From NCBI GenBank assembly GCA_951406725.2, contig OX597823.1, forward strand, positions 94,922,001-94,986,000: 64,000 bases of DNA, written 5' to 3'. Both the position numbers and the translations under genes were made by a program. The notes under the pieces are model-generated. The model was not told the DNA's origin. It made no database searches and saw nothing but the letters and a program-made list of their open reading frames with translations. Positions 1 through 11,569 of this stretch are shown one piece after another. Origin of the DNA: Octopus vulgaris. Its lineage: Eukaryota. The number at the start of each line of letters is the position of its first letter. The first letter of the stretch is position 1.

Positions 1-199
1 TATAAAACCACATTAAAATATAAACCCTAAACAATAGTCATGATTCTTCCATAATATAAGTTTTCACAGAGAAAGGCAAAGAAAAAGGGAAAGGGGGGAT
101 AAAAAAGGGGAAAGAAGATGAAAGAAAAAAAAGCATCAAGTGCTTCCATTTGTCGAATACCATAAGGCTCAACGGAACCTACCGAAGCGAGCCAGCCCG

Positions 200-810
200 C
201 TCACCCCACGGGCGATGGCGAGACTAAGGCGCTGGGAAAGCTAAGCACCCTCACAGGCATCTCCTAAAACCTCTGTAAGGCGAGCAGCAAACGCTGACAA
301 GAACTTCGTGGTTAGTGGCCCAGTCCCTCCGAACGTCTCAGACACTACCGGCTCGATACTTCGGGGTTTTGTTCCATTTGGCTGCGGAAGCAGTGACCCT
401 CCCATTTACTGCAGCATCCAAGATGTGGGAATGGGCAAAAGAATCACAGACTGCGGCGTCTTAGATGAGACGCCTACCTCTAACCCATCTGGTCTCTTTC
501 CACCACTTGTGGATAATCTCGCCGGCTTCAGAACTGAGGAGATATTAATCGAAGCCATGGCCCTCTTAATGATTAGGTTTAGCTCAGCGTGACGAGCGAA
601 ACGACCAGCATTTAGGCTGTAAGACAGACCGTGAAGACCTGTGGGATTGAGGGGCCTACCACAGCGATATCTCAGTCTCCTATGGACGTCAGTACCCTCT
701 CTGTGTGCGATGGCGGTGCACAGTTCATCTAGACTGAGAAGACCTCCAATGTTGGCCACAGGCAGGGCATCAATCCAGTCCCCCGAGAATTTTGCACTAG
801 CTGAAAGTAG
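200..810 (-). mobile_element. Decayed CRE-clade-like non-LTR retrotransposon C-terminal fragment (zinc knuckle + restriction-like endonuclease)
   Basis: ORF 406..759 has CGR..LHGLS..GRFARHAELNLIIKRA...KRPDGL; the downstream frame reads SQRLSLAIARG; stops and an interruption are present. Confidence 0.65.
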
Positions 811-2089
811 GCGACAATAACAAAATACGATAGGATTTTCTAATCATTAAATGGCTATAAGGGTCCATCTGAATAAAATAGGAATCAAAGGGGCCCATAA
901 GTAGAAAAGGTTTGAGAACCACAACTTTAGAGGAAGAACTCCTATCAACGAAGTGTTTCGACTCTTTCGATCCCCAATAAACTCTACCCTATATTGATCA
1001 AATAGATTATTTGCGAAGTTGGATGATTGGTATACGGTGTGCTAAGAATAGTTTTCCCCCCTTTTTTTCTTTTTAATTCTTTCAAATGTGTTTTGTTCTG
1101 TTTTGTCCAATTTTCTGATTTAATTTTGTAAAACGGAAAACAGTCTATTTTATAACGCTATATTTGTGTAAATTTGTAAATATATTTAATGAATATCTTC
1201 CAGAAGTCGCAAAAGAAGTTTATAAAGTAATAATAATCTTTATTAATTTACAATAAGTCAATTAATAAAGATTAAACATACACTGCTTTAGAAGTATATT
1301 AATTAATTTGTACCTGCATCTGTTGAATAAAATCATGCTCTCAACTTTCATTCAATTTTCATCTTTTAAATTGTACATGATACGATATAATGTATTTTAA
1401 GAATTTTGAGCGGCTTATCAAATACCAGAGAGACCCTGCTTTACAACTGTATTTATTTTGAATCTCTTAAATACAATTGAATTCTTTTGACTTTTCATAG
1501 TTTATTCAAAGTATAAACTTAAACTGTCTTCAGAAAACCGGAAAGTCTAGAAATCCGGGACACTTCTGGTCCTAAGCATGCCGGATTATTGGTCCGGTGC
1601 AGTAATGAAATAATACTAATAATTTGTTTATAAATTTCTTAAATGAATTAATTGATCGTTTTTTTCTCCCCAAACCTCTCAACCCGAAACGTTAAGATTA
1701 ACGTATTTTGTCTCTTACTAAATGAACAAAGTTAAGATATTTTCGAAGCAGTATTATCTCCCTTGCACTTCGCTTTCTTTTCCTTTTCTGTTAGAGCTGT
1801 GTCAGGGACGCGACCCACATTTTATGACACTTTTAAAAGACCTCGCATATTACCTCCTTTTTCTCTTAATTATTTAGGTACAAGGTGACCCAAATTCGGG
1901 TTGTGTTGTAGTAGATTTAATCGATCGTCAATACTTAACTGCTATTTTTATCGATAATAAAAACGTTGAAGACAAACAACAGGGGTGTGATTTCAACTCA
2001 GTATTAAAATATAAATTATTATTATTCATATACACAACAGATTAGACTGTTGGAAAAGAATAATTCCTAACATCTGGCTACAACAAGTG

Positions 2090-2364
2090 ACCTTAGATGC
2101 CAAGAACCCTCCTAAGTACCTTAGCTATCCCTAATAACAGTTTTCTGGAGCTTGTACCAAACTGGGTTTTATGCCTATTTCCTCTATCCATATGTTCAGA
2201 TCTTTAGGGATATTTCCCAATGCACCTATAACTACTGGGATACATTTTACCCACACTTTCCATTGTCTCAATAAATCAATAGCTAGGTCCTGGTACTTTG
2301 CTATTTTTTTTATACTTCTCATATTGTTTTCATCATTTGGAACTGTAAAGTCATTATCTGGCAC
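2090..2364 (-). mobile_element. R4/Dong-like LINE 3' fragment (RLE domain)
   Basis: DFTVPND..KIAKYQDLA...W.....IPVVIGALG, typical of the RLE C-terminus. Confidence 0.7.
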
Positions 2365-2444
2365 TTTCTACTCTCTTTATCTACTACTACTACTACTACT
2401 GCTACTGCTGCTGCAACTACTACTACTACTACTACTACTACTAC

Positions 2445-2717
2445 AGTGTCTTCCCAACACCTAGAACAAAGAAACTCTCTGTGTACATTGGTAGGCCATC
2501 AAAATAAACACATCAGATTGTTCATTTATAAAGTCATGTGATAGAAAAAAAGGGAAACAAAGAAAGCAAAGAAGAAAAAAAATAAGAGGGGAAAAAAAGG
2601 AAAGAAAATTCACAGTGACAATGCTCTTCCCAATACATGTGATTTACCTGTTAAGACAATCTTTTGCATTTCTTATATGCTTGCCAGCCACCTTTCCTGT
2701 CTCAGATCATCATCAAT
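2445..2717 (-). mobile_element. R4/Dong-like 3' end fragment
   Basis: Minus frame reads EMQKIVLTGKSHVL; 3' UTR closely matches 38383-38640. Confidence 0.6.
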
Positions 2718-3136
2718 ATTCTTCTTCTTCTTCTCCTTCCCCTTTTCCTTCTTCTTCCCCTTCTCCTTCCCCTTCTTCTTCTTCTTCTTCTTCTTCTTCT
2801 TCATCTTCATCTTTGTCTTCTTCTTCTTCTTCTTCATCTTTGTCTTCTTCTTCTTCTTCTTCTGCTTCTTCTTTGTCTTCTTCTTCTTCTTCGTCTTCCC
2901 CTCCTCCTCCTCCTCCTCCTCCTCCTCCTCCTTCTTCCTCTCCTCCTCCTCCTCCTTTCTTCTTCCCCTCCTCCTCCTTCCCTTCCTCCTCCTTCTTCCC
3001 TTCCTCCTCCTTCTTCTTCTTCTTCTTCTTCTTCTTCTTCTTCTTCTTCTTCTTCTTCCCCTCCTCCTCCTTCTTCCCTTCCTCCTCCTTCTTCTTCTTC
3101 TTCCCCTCCTCCTTCTCCTCCTCCTCCTCCTCCTTC
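2718..3136. repeat. (CTT)n/(CCT)n compound microsatellite
   Basis: Read directly; explains the spurious poly-S/L/F ORFs. Confidence 0.95.
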
Positions 3137-3558
3137 TTATTCCTTTGGGGTTAATAAGGGCCAGTTACACACTGGAGTTGAATTTATTGACTAAACCTTC
3201 CCCAAAATTTCAGGCCTTGTCCATTTAGCTGAAGGGATTATTATTGTTGGTGGTGTTATCATTACCTAGAAGTTAGTGTTTTGCACTCACAATCGCAAGA
3301 TCCTGATTTCAATTACTGGACTGGGTGGTGCATTGTGTTCTTCAACAAAACACTTCATCTCACATTGCTCTGCAATCACTTTGGCACCTGTTCAGGTAAA
3401 TATCGATTTGATGGAGGGAGTGAGATTATGTGCAGCATGAACATTTGATCACTATAAACAAATCTTTTGTACAAGTTGTTTGGCAAAAGCTGAACGCTCA
3501 TATGTTGTCTTCAGCAAGAGAGTCCATCATCCCTTTATTTCTATTATTATTATTATTA

Positions 3559-4036
3559 TTGAGTGAGAGAGCAGTGCTTGTCATCAACGTGACACTGGGG
3601 TAAAATATACGAAGCCCAGTATACCCATCATGACTCCCCGTCTGATAAGGGTACACCAGGCACATGCATCACAACCATATGTGTGCGAGATGGTGATCTT
3701 ATATCAAGATAAACAGCACATGACCTTGCAGGTGGGGCCCAGTTAGAATTTTCTTCTGGCTGAGTAACCCATCCCGCTCAAAAGGTCCCTGAATAAGGAT
3801 TGTTTAAGGATGTTGAATGAACCACCCATATTTCCAAATGTGAATTATTCAACCCCAAAGAATCCTTCTCAACACATGGCTATGATGCTCCCCCACTACT
3901 TCTGCTCGTGGCCAGAGATACACATATTGTCAGCCACTAAGGGACATGCTCAACTGGTTAAGGTCAAACAACTGACAAGCAAATCTGAGGTATTGAGCAG
4001 AATATTTGCTGTAGCCCATCTTTTATACCAAGACAT
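3559..4036. mobile_element. ~480 bp non-coding element inserted in an (ATT)n tract
   Basis: Higher-GC block flanked on both sides by (ATT)n; no meaningful ORF. Confidence 0.45.
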
Positions 4037-4260
4037 TATTATTATTATTATCATTATTATTGTGTTAGATATTCTTTGCTTCAGCTCATAAAGGGTTAAT
4101 TGTTCTTGTTGAGAATATGTTGATTGATATAATTTTAGGAGTATATTTCATTAAAGAAGGATCTGTACTTCATTGTGTAAAAAAGCCAGGCAATAAGTGT
4201 AGGCCCTAAGATGCATCTTTCTCGCAATAAAAATTTCACCATGTAAATTTTAACATTTAA

Positions 4261-4478
4261 CCCATTAAGTCCCACTGTCCTATAAATAGGACACTAAATG
4301 TGAACATTAAATAAGCTATATCACATTGTCTCAGTGTCCTATTTATAGGACACCGAGTATTTCCATTTCTAATTGAAGCAAAGGAGTCTTAATAATAATT
4401 TTTTTCATTTTAACCTATTTTCAATCATCTGTAAAAATTTATAAGTAATATTCAGAAAGTACTCGTGGACTTAATGAG
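4261..4478. mobile_element. piggyBac-type MITE
   Basis: TTAA at 4257-4260 and 4479-4482; TIR CCCATTAAGTCC / GGACTTAATGAG; internal repeated palindrome GTCCTAT(AAA/TTA)TAGGAC. Confidence 0.75.
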
Positions 4479-5349
4479 TTAAAATCATGGCCACAGCAGA
4501 ACATGAGCACTAAACTGTATGAAATGGTGGTGGAGGTAATGATTCATTTAAGAATCTCTTATTTCAACTCAAACATCACCATTGCTAGCAGCGACAGAAA
4601 AACAGACATATGAGAACAACAACTGTAACAAAACACCATCAACACAAGCAACAACTATAATAAAGTAAATGATGGGGGGGGGGGGCTACTCAGTGGGGAG
4701 GCGATCTTTTGCGGGCATGGTAGTGAAATCAATGAAATATTTTTCCCTCTACCTAAACAAGGAAGAATACCTGGCACAGGTGGCACAACTTGTAAAAGTG
4801 AACAGGTGAGTCTGAGTTGCCATCCCAGCCAAGGTTTTCAGAGCCAATGACCATAAAACAATACTTTATTATTGTGTGTCAGCAAGACTCAACGCCTAGA
4901 AGCACCAACACACATCCAGCTGAAAATGACCCTCAAGAAATTTGGGAAGATATACATGTGACCAGAGCAAGACAGTTTTGGAGTATGAATGTCCTTTTCA
5001 CAGGTAAAGCCATTTTGCTGAAGCACACTAATAGTTCCTCTACAGAGCCCTCTACCCAGCCTATTTAAAGAGAAAGACCTGTCACATTAAGATAGAGTGA
5101 GATCCACCAGAATTAGATTGTCTTGTGGATCTTGGCCTCCGTTGTCTTGGAGGGAAACAATATTCTCCTTGATGTAAAACCATGAGAGTGGGAGTTTTGA
5201 TTTGGGACCCTATGGACATTCTCCCTCCAGATCTAAATTGAGGATGTGGAAAGGATCTTATTCACTTACCCAATGAAGTGGAGCTGCATGTTACAACTGG
5301 AAGCAGAAGGCCAAAATGCCATTTGCATGGTTCTGAAAACCACTTAAAA

Positions 5350-5662
5350 GAATGCAACTGAGCCAATGTCACATAGATGCACCTGTGCCAGTGTCACATA
5401 AATGTACCTGTGCCAGTGACACATAAATGTAAATGTGCCAGTGTCACATAAATGCACCTGTACCAGTTCCACATAGCAGCTGTGACTGTGCCAGTTCCAC
5501 ATAAATGCACCTGTGCCAGTGCCACATAAATGCACCTGTGCCAGTTCCACATAAATGCACCTGCGTCAGTGTCACATAAATGCAACTGGGTCAGTGCCAC
5601 ATTGGTGCACCTGTGCCAGTGCCACATACATGCTCCTGTGCCAGTGCACATAAATGCACCCA
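5350..5662. repeat. ~25 bp minisatellite (GCACCTGTGCCAGTGCCACATAAAT)
   Basis: About 12 degenerate units leading into a SINE-like 3' body. Confidence 0.9.
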
Positions 5663-5835
5663 TGTTGGTGTGCTGTAAAGAGCAGCCAGTACACTTTGTA
5701 AAGTGGTTGATGTTAGGAAGGGCATCTATCTATAGGAACCATGCCAAAACAGACAATGGCAGCTCCTTTGGCTGACCAGTTCCTGTCAAACTGTCCAACC
5801 CATGCCAGCATGGAAAAACAGACATTAAATGATCA
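5663..5835 (+). mobile_element. SINE-like element 3' body (TTAGGAAGGGCATC...AACCCATGCCAGCATGGAAA...(GAT)n family)
   Basis: The same body recurs at about 7305-7535, 9385-9572, 10190-10475, 11159-11446, 20905-21100 and inverted at 34405-34630. Confidence 0.75.
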
Positions 5836-6069
5836 TGGTAATCATGATATATATGCTGATACACACACACACACGCACACATGTACACACACATAGATAC
5901 AAACACATGCATAGACTGACTCATATATGTGTGTTTTCTGTGTGTGTAAGTACATATATGTTCATTTATGCATATGTGTGTGTGTTTTTCCCCTTTTCTC
6001 ATTGCTTGTGTATTCAACTTACTTGTTTTCATACTTCATGTTGTTTGCAGTTGGTGACGTCCTGTACCC

Positions 6070-6108
<39 letters not shown>

Positions 6109-6113
6109 TATAT

Positions 6114-6415
6114 AACAATTGCAGAGTGGAAGGTGTTTATGAGCCATTTAAGAAACACACAAAAGCCGTTCGATTCACTTCAACATTTAAGTTTAATTTG
6201 TCAAAATATTTTCGTTGCAAAAAATCCGCGACCTGTTCACTGACAAAAATCCGTGCTGCATCTCGTGCTGCAGCACGGATTTTTGTCAGTGAACAGGTCG
6301 CGGATTTTTTGCAACGAAAATATTTTGACAAATTAAACTTAAATGTTGAAGTGAATCGAACGGCTTTTGTGTGTTTCTTAAATGGCTCATAAACACCTTC
6401 CACGCTGCAATTGTT
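6114..6415. repeat. Near-perfect palindrome, 147 bp arms, 8 nt loop, Penelope-terminus-like
   Basis: Arms are reverse complements with one visible mismatch; flanked by (TA)n; the element extends to about 6472. Confidence 0.95.
6282..6332 (+). ncRNA. Hammerhead-like motif, G3-C8 core variant (mirror copy 6197-6247 on minus)
   Basis: TTTGTCA GTGAACA G GTCGC..GCAAC GAA AATATT T TGACAAA: 7 bp stem I and palindromic stem III. Confidence 0.55.
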
Positions 6416-7984
6416 TTCGTTTCAGCACACGATCTCAGATCAAATTACTTGCTATGCGAGTACATCTCCGTAAATATATATATATATGCATGCACATGTA
6501 TGTATATATGTGTGTGTATACATAAGTATGTGTGTAAGTGTGTCTCTATATGTACATGTATGTGTATGTATTGTTCTCTTCTTTTTATTGTGCCTCTCTC
6601 TTATTTTTTGTATTTAATGTGTGTGGATGTGGATGTGTGCTATATGTGTGTGTGTGGATTTGTATGTCTGTATCGAAAATTTTAGATGTGATTGCAGTGT
6701 AACCTAAACAGGCTTTATGCTAACAATCTATAAAGAAAGGATAACATTTTTCAGTCACACTCCATTTTTTATTTTGTACTTAAATCCAGTTTAAAAAAAA
6801 ATTAGACATGCCTCAACTTGCATTCACTTCTCTGTAATTGTGTGGATATATATATGTGTGTGTATGCATGAGTGTTTGTATGTGTGTGTGTTTGCATGCT
6901 TGTGTGTAGGACAAAGAATGTATCAAAAGAAAAACATGTTTTTAATATTACTTTTAATGAAGGAACTCAGTTATTTTTTTTATATAAAAAAACCATTCAT
7001 AAGTTGAAAAAAAAAAACATCAAAGGAAGATTAACCGAGAAGTTAGTTGTGTGGGTGGATGCTCAGAGAGTGTTACCACTAGAATAAGAATAGCCTGGGC
7101 AAAGTTTAGATAGCTTCTTCCCCTACTGGTGACAAAGGGTTTCTCGCTCAGAGTGAAAAGTAGATTGTAGGATGCATATATGTGGCATGCTGTGCTTACC
7201 TTGGGTCGTAGGGCAACCTGCTGTGCTTGAGGAGACTAACTGAGTGAAGTACATAAACATTACAATAAAAATCCAATGGAAATTGTAGTTGTGATACCCG
7301 TAAAAAACACTATCCGATGCCAGCGCCGCCTTGACTGGCATCCATGCCGGTGGCACGTAAAAATCACCCACTACACTCATGGAGTTGTTGGCATTAGGAA
7401 GGGCATCCAGCAGTAGAAACACTACCAGATCAGACTGGAGCCTGGTGCAGCCTCCTGACTTCCCAGACCCTGGTCAAACCGTCCAACCCATGCTAGCATG
7501 GAAAGCGGACGTTAAACGATGATGATGATGATGATATATATATATATATATGTTGACACACACACATAGGCACACACACACATGCATAAACTGACTCGTA
7601 TATATGTGTGTTTTTTGTGTGTATGTATATGTATGTGTGTAAGTGTGTCTCTATATGTACATGTGTATGTATGTATTGTTCTCTTCTTTTTATTGTGCTG
7701 CTCTCTTATTTTTTGTATTTAATGTGTGTTATGTGTATGTGTATGGATGTGTGCTGTGTGTGTATGTATGCTATATGTGTGTGTGGATGTATATGTGTGC
7801 GTATGTATAAGTGTTTCTTTGTGTATGCGTTTGTGTGTTTGTGTGTATGTTCGTAAGACACCCACCTACATCTGGACAAAGAATGTGTCAAAAGAAAAAC
7901 ATTATTCAAAATTACTTTCAATGAAGTAACTTATTTTTTTTATATAAAAAAACCCCATTCATAAGTGGAAAAAAAAAACAGTCA

Positions 7985-8625
7985 CAAAACAATTTCTAAA
8001 CATCAAATCATCCAAGTGGAATAAAATTGTCACAAAAGTTATTCCTATTCATTTTTTTCGAATATTCATTACTGTAGCAAAAGTTCACTATTTCTTTTAT
8101 GTACATTAATGAAAGCTTAAAATATGTGAACCACAAATCTAACCATCCGGAACGCATACTGAAAAGGATCCTAAGAAGCATGAGTAACAGAATATTCAGA
8201 CTATCCACAGATAGAACAAAAATTCAACATGCATGCCGAGTATTACAGCTCAGCACTAGCTAGAATGGGATGTGAGGATAGAATCGTATATGTACAAAAG
8301 AGGAGAGAGAAGGCTCAATAACCAGGGAGCATTATTAATAGCCGAGATATTAATATAAATAACCACAGAATACCAGAACCTAAAAAAAAAAACAGTAAAT
8401 ATGATAGGGAGCAAATTGGGAAAAAAGAATCCTATCACTAGAAAGGATAGATATGAAACAGAACCCATGAAACAACAACCAGGAGTAAAAAAAGAAAGGA
8501 ACTGTTAAATGTGGATGGAAATAATAACAAGAAACATTGGAAGCAGATAAAACAAGATTCAGCGACAGATAGAAATATTAACCCAATAGATATATTAACA
8601 GAAATAGAAAAATAAGGAATGAAAA
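7985..8625 (+). mobile_element. Decayed Penelope-like element fragment (RT thumb/linker)
   Basis: Reads NESLKYVNHKSNHPERILKRILRSMSNRIFRLS...YYSSALARMG; a second copy at 10905-18500 is split by insertions. Confidence 0.7.
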
Positions 8626-8629
8626 TATT

Positions 8630-9385
8630 TGTACCTGTGCCAGTGCCACATAGGTGCACCTGTGCCATTGCCACATAAATGCACCTGCGAGAGTGCCACA
8701 TAAATGCAGCTGCAAGAGTGCCACATAAATGCACCAGTGCCACATTGGTGCACCTGCGTGAATGTGAAACATAGGTGCACTTTTGCCAGTTCCACATAGG
8801 TGCACCTGTGCCAATGTCACATAAATGCACCTGTGCCAGTGCCACATTGGTGCACCTGTGCCAATGTCACATAAATGCACCCATGCCAGTCCACATAGGT
8901 GCACCTGTGCGAGTGCCACATAGATGCACCCGTGCAAGTTCCACAATGATGCACCTGTGCCAGTGCCACATAAATGCACCTGTGCCAGTTCCACCTAGGT
9001 GCACCTGTGCCAATGTCACATAAATGCACCTGTGTCAGTGCTACATAGGTGCACCTGTGCCAGTGCCACATAGGTGCACCTGTGCCAGTGCCACATTGGT
9101 GCACCTGTGCCAGTTCCACATAGGTGCACCTATGTGAGTGCCACATAGATGCACCTGTGCAAGTTCCACAATGATGCACCTGTGCCAGTGTCACATAAAT
9201 GCACCTGTGCCAGTTCCACAATGATGCACCTGTGCTAATGTCACATAAATGCACCTGTGTCAGTGCTACATAGGTGCACCTGCGTCAGTGCCACATAGGT
9301 GCACCTGTGCCAGTGATACATAGGTGCACCTGTGCCATTTCCACATAGGTGCATCTGTGCCAGTGCCACATAGGTGCACCTGCGC
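8630..9385. repeat. ~25 bp minisatellite, about 30 units
   Basis: GCACCTGTGCCAGTGCCACATAGGT repeats; same family as 5350-5662. Confidence 0.92.
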
Positions 9386-9789
9386 TGGTGCTGTGTAAAA
9401 GCACTCAGTACACTTTGTAAAGTGGTTGGCATTAGGAAGGGCATCCAGCTGTAAAAACCATACCAAAACAGACAATTGGAGCCTAGGCAGCTCCTTTGGC
9501 TGGTCAGTTCCTGTCAAACTGTCCAACCCATGCCAGCATGGAAAACGGACCCTAAATGATGATGATGATGATATATATATTTCGGGTGTGGAAGCTAGGT
9601 TTAGAATGAAAAGGCTTTAGAGTAAATGTAGCAAAGACCAAAGTTCTAGTAAGTAGGAAGGTGAACACCCCACACACTCCCTTATGTAGGTTGCCCTGCT
9701 CGATCTGTAGAAAAGGTGTAGGTAGAAACTCCGTAAGATGTACCCAGTGTAAGCTATGGACACATGAGGTGTACTTGTTCCATTATGGG

Positions 9790-10116
9790 TGACAGCGTTC
9801 ACCCAGGGCGGGTTGAGCTGGTTTCTTCTCTGTTCCTAATGGCATCACGAACCATGGTGGCCCACGCTCGATGGTGCTGTGCGAGGTCACTGGAGATAGC
9901 AAGCCATTTGCAGTTCCATCTGCGCAGACTGACCACCTGCGGACCTGAGAGTTCGGAGAGGTCCTCCTTAATCGTCGTCGCCCAGGTCTTCAGCTGCCCG
10001 CCCTTGCGTTTACGCCAGCTGGAAAGTGGAGGTGGGAGGAGGACATCGCAAATTAGCTCACCCTCTGGACACTGGGCCGCATGACCAAACCACCTTAAGC
10101 GCCGTTGTAGAAGCAC
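9790..10116 (-). mobile_element. RTE-clade LINE 3' fragment
   Basis: LLQRRLRWFGHAA...WRKRKGGQLKTWATTIKEDL...LAQHHRAW. Confidence 0.8.
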
Positions 10117-11158
10117 CGAAGGGAAGGGCCAGAGATTCAGGCGACGACGAAGACCGGAACCCGATCAATGCGTCGGCAGCGAAGAACGTGGCCGATACCA
10201 GTGCCGCCTTGACTGGCTGGCTCCCATACCCGTGCCACATGAAGAGCACCTACCAATCGTGGGCATTACCAGCCTCCTCTGGCCCCTATGCCGGTGGCAT
10301 GTAAAAAGCACCCACTACACTCATGGAGTTGTTGGCGTTAGGAAGGGCATCCAGCTGTAGAAAGACTGCCAGATCAGACTGGAGCCTGGTGCAGCCTCCT
10401 GGTTTCTCAGACCCCGGTCAAACCGTCCAACCCATGCCAGCATGGAAAGCGGACGTTGAACGATGATGATGGCGATGATATATATATACATATATATATA
10501 TGTTGACACACACACATGCATAGACTGACTCATATATGTGTTTTTTTGTGTGTATACATATGTATCTGTGTAAGTGTGTCTCTATATGTACATGTGTATG
10601 TATGTATTGTTCTCTTCTTTTTATTGTGCTGCTCTCTTATTTTTTGTATTTAATGTGTGTTATGTGTATGTGTATGGATGTGTGCTGTGTGTGTATGTAT
10701 GCTATATGGTGTGTGTGGATGTATATGTGTGTGTATGTATAAGTGTTTCTTTGTGTATGCGTTTGTGTGTTTGTGTGTATGTTCACCCACCTACATCTGG
10801 ACAAAGAATGTGTCAAAAGAAAAACATTATTCAAAATTACTTTCAATGAAGTAACTTATTTTTTTTATATAAAAAAAACCCATTCATAAGTGGAAAAAAA
10901 AAGCAGTCACAAAACAATTTGTAAACATCAAATCATCCAAGTGGAATAAAATTGTCACAAAAGTTATTCCTATTCATTTTTTTTCGAATATTCATTACTG
11001 TAGCAAAAGTTCACTATTTCTTTTACGTACATTAATGAAAGCTTAAAATATGTGAACCACAAATCTAACCATCCGGAACGCATACTGAAAAGGATCCTAA
11101 GAAGCATGAGTAACAGAATATTCAGACTATCCACAGATAGAACAGAAATTCAACATGC

Positions 11159-11446
11159 GGCCGATGCCAGCACCGCCCCGACTGGCTTCTGTGCAGGTGG
11201 CACATAAAAAGCACCAACCGACCGTGGCCGATGCCAGACTCCTCTGGCACCTGTGCAGGTGGCACGTAAAAAGCACCCACTACACTCGCGGAGTGGTTGG
11301 CGTTAGGAAGAGCATCCAGCTGTAGAAACACTGCCAGACCAGACTGGAGCCTGGGGCAGCCCCTGGCCCCAGACCCCAGTCGAAACCGTCCAACCCGTGC
11401 TAGCGCGGAAAACGGACGTTAAACGATGATGATGATGATGATGATG
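11159..11446 (+). mobile_element. SINE insertion into the duplicated Penelope fragment
   Basis: Empty site CAACATGCATGCCGAGTATT is visible at about 8225-8244; (GAT)n tail. Confidence 0.8.
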
Positions 11447-11569
11447 ATGCCGAGTATTACAGCTCAGCACTAGCTAGAATGGGATGTGAGGATAGAATCG
11501 TATATGTACAAAAGAGGAGAGAGAAGGCTCAATAACCAGGGAGCATTATTAATAGCCGAGATAATAATA

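Noticed and set aside
2615-3228. Long poly-S/L/F ORFs
   Set aside because: Translations of a CTT/CCT microsatellite
8630-9385. CRISPR-like array or Cys/His-rich protein ORFs
   Set aside because: Units are contiguous with no unique spacers and no cas genes; the ORFs are by-products of a 25 bp minisatellite
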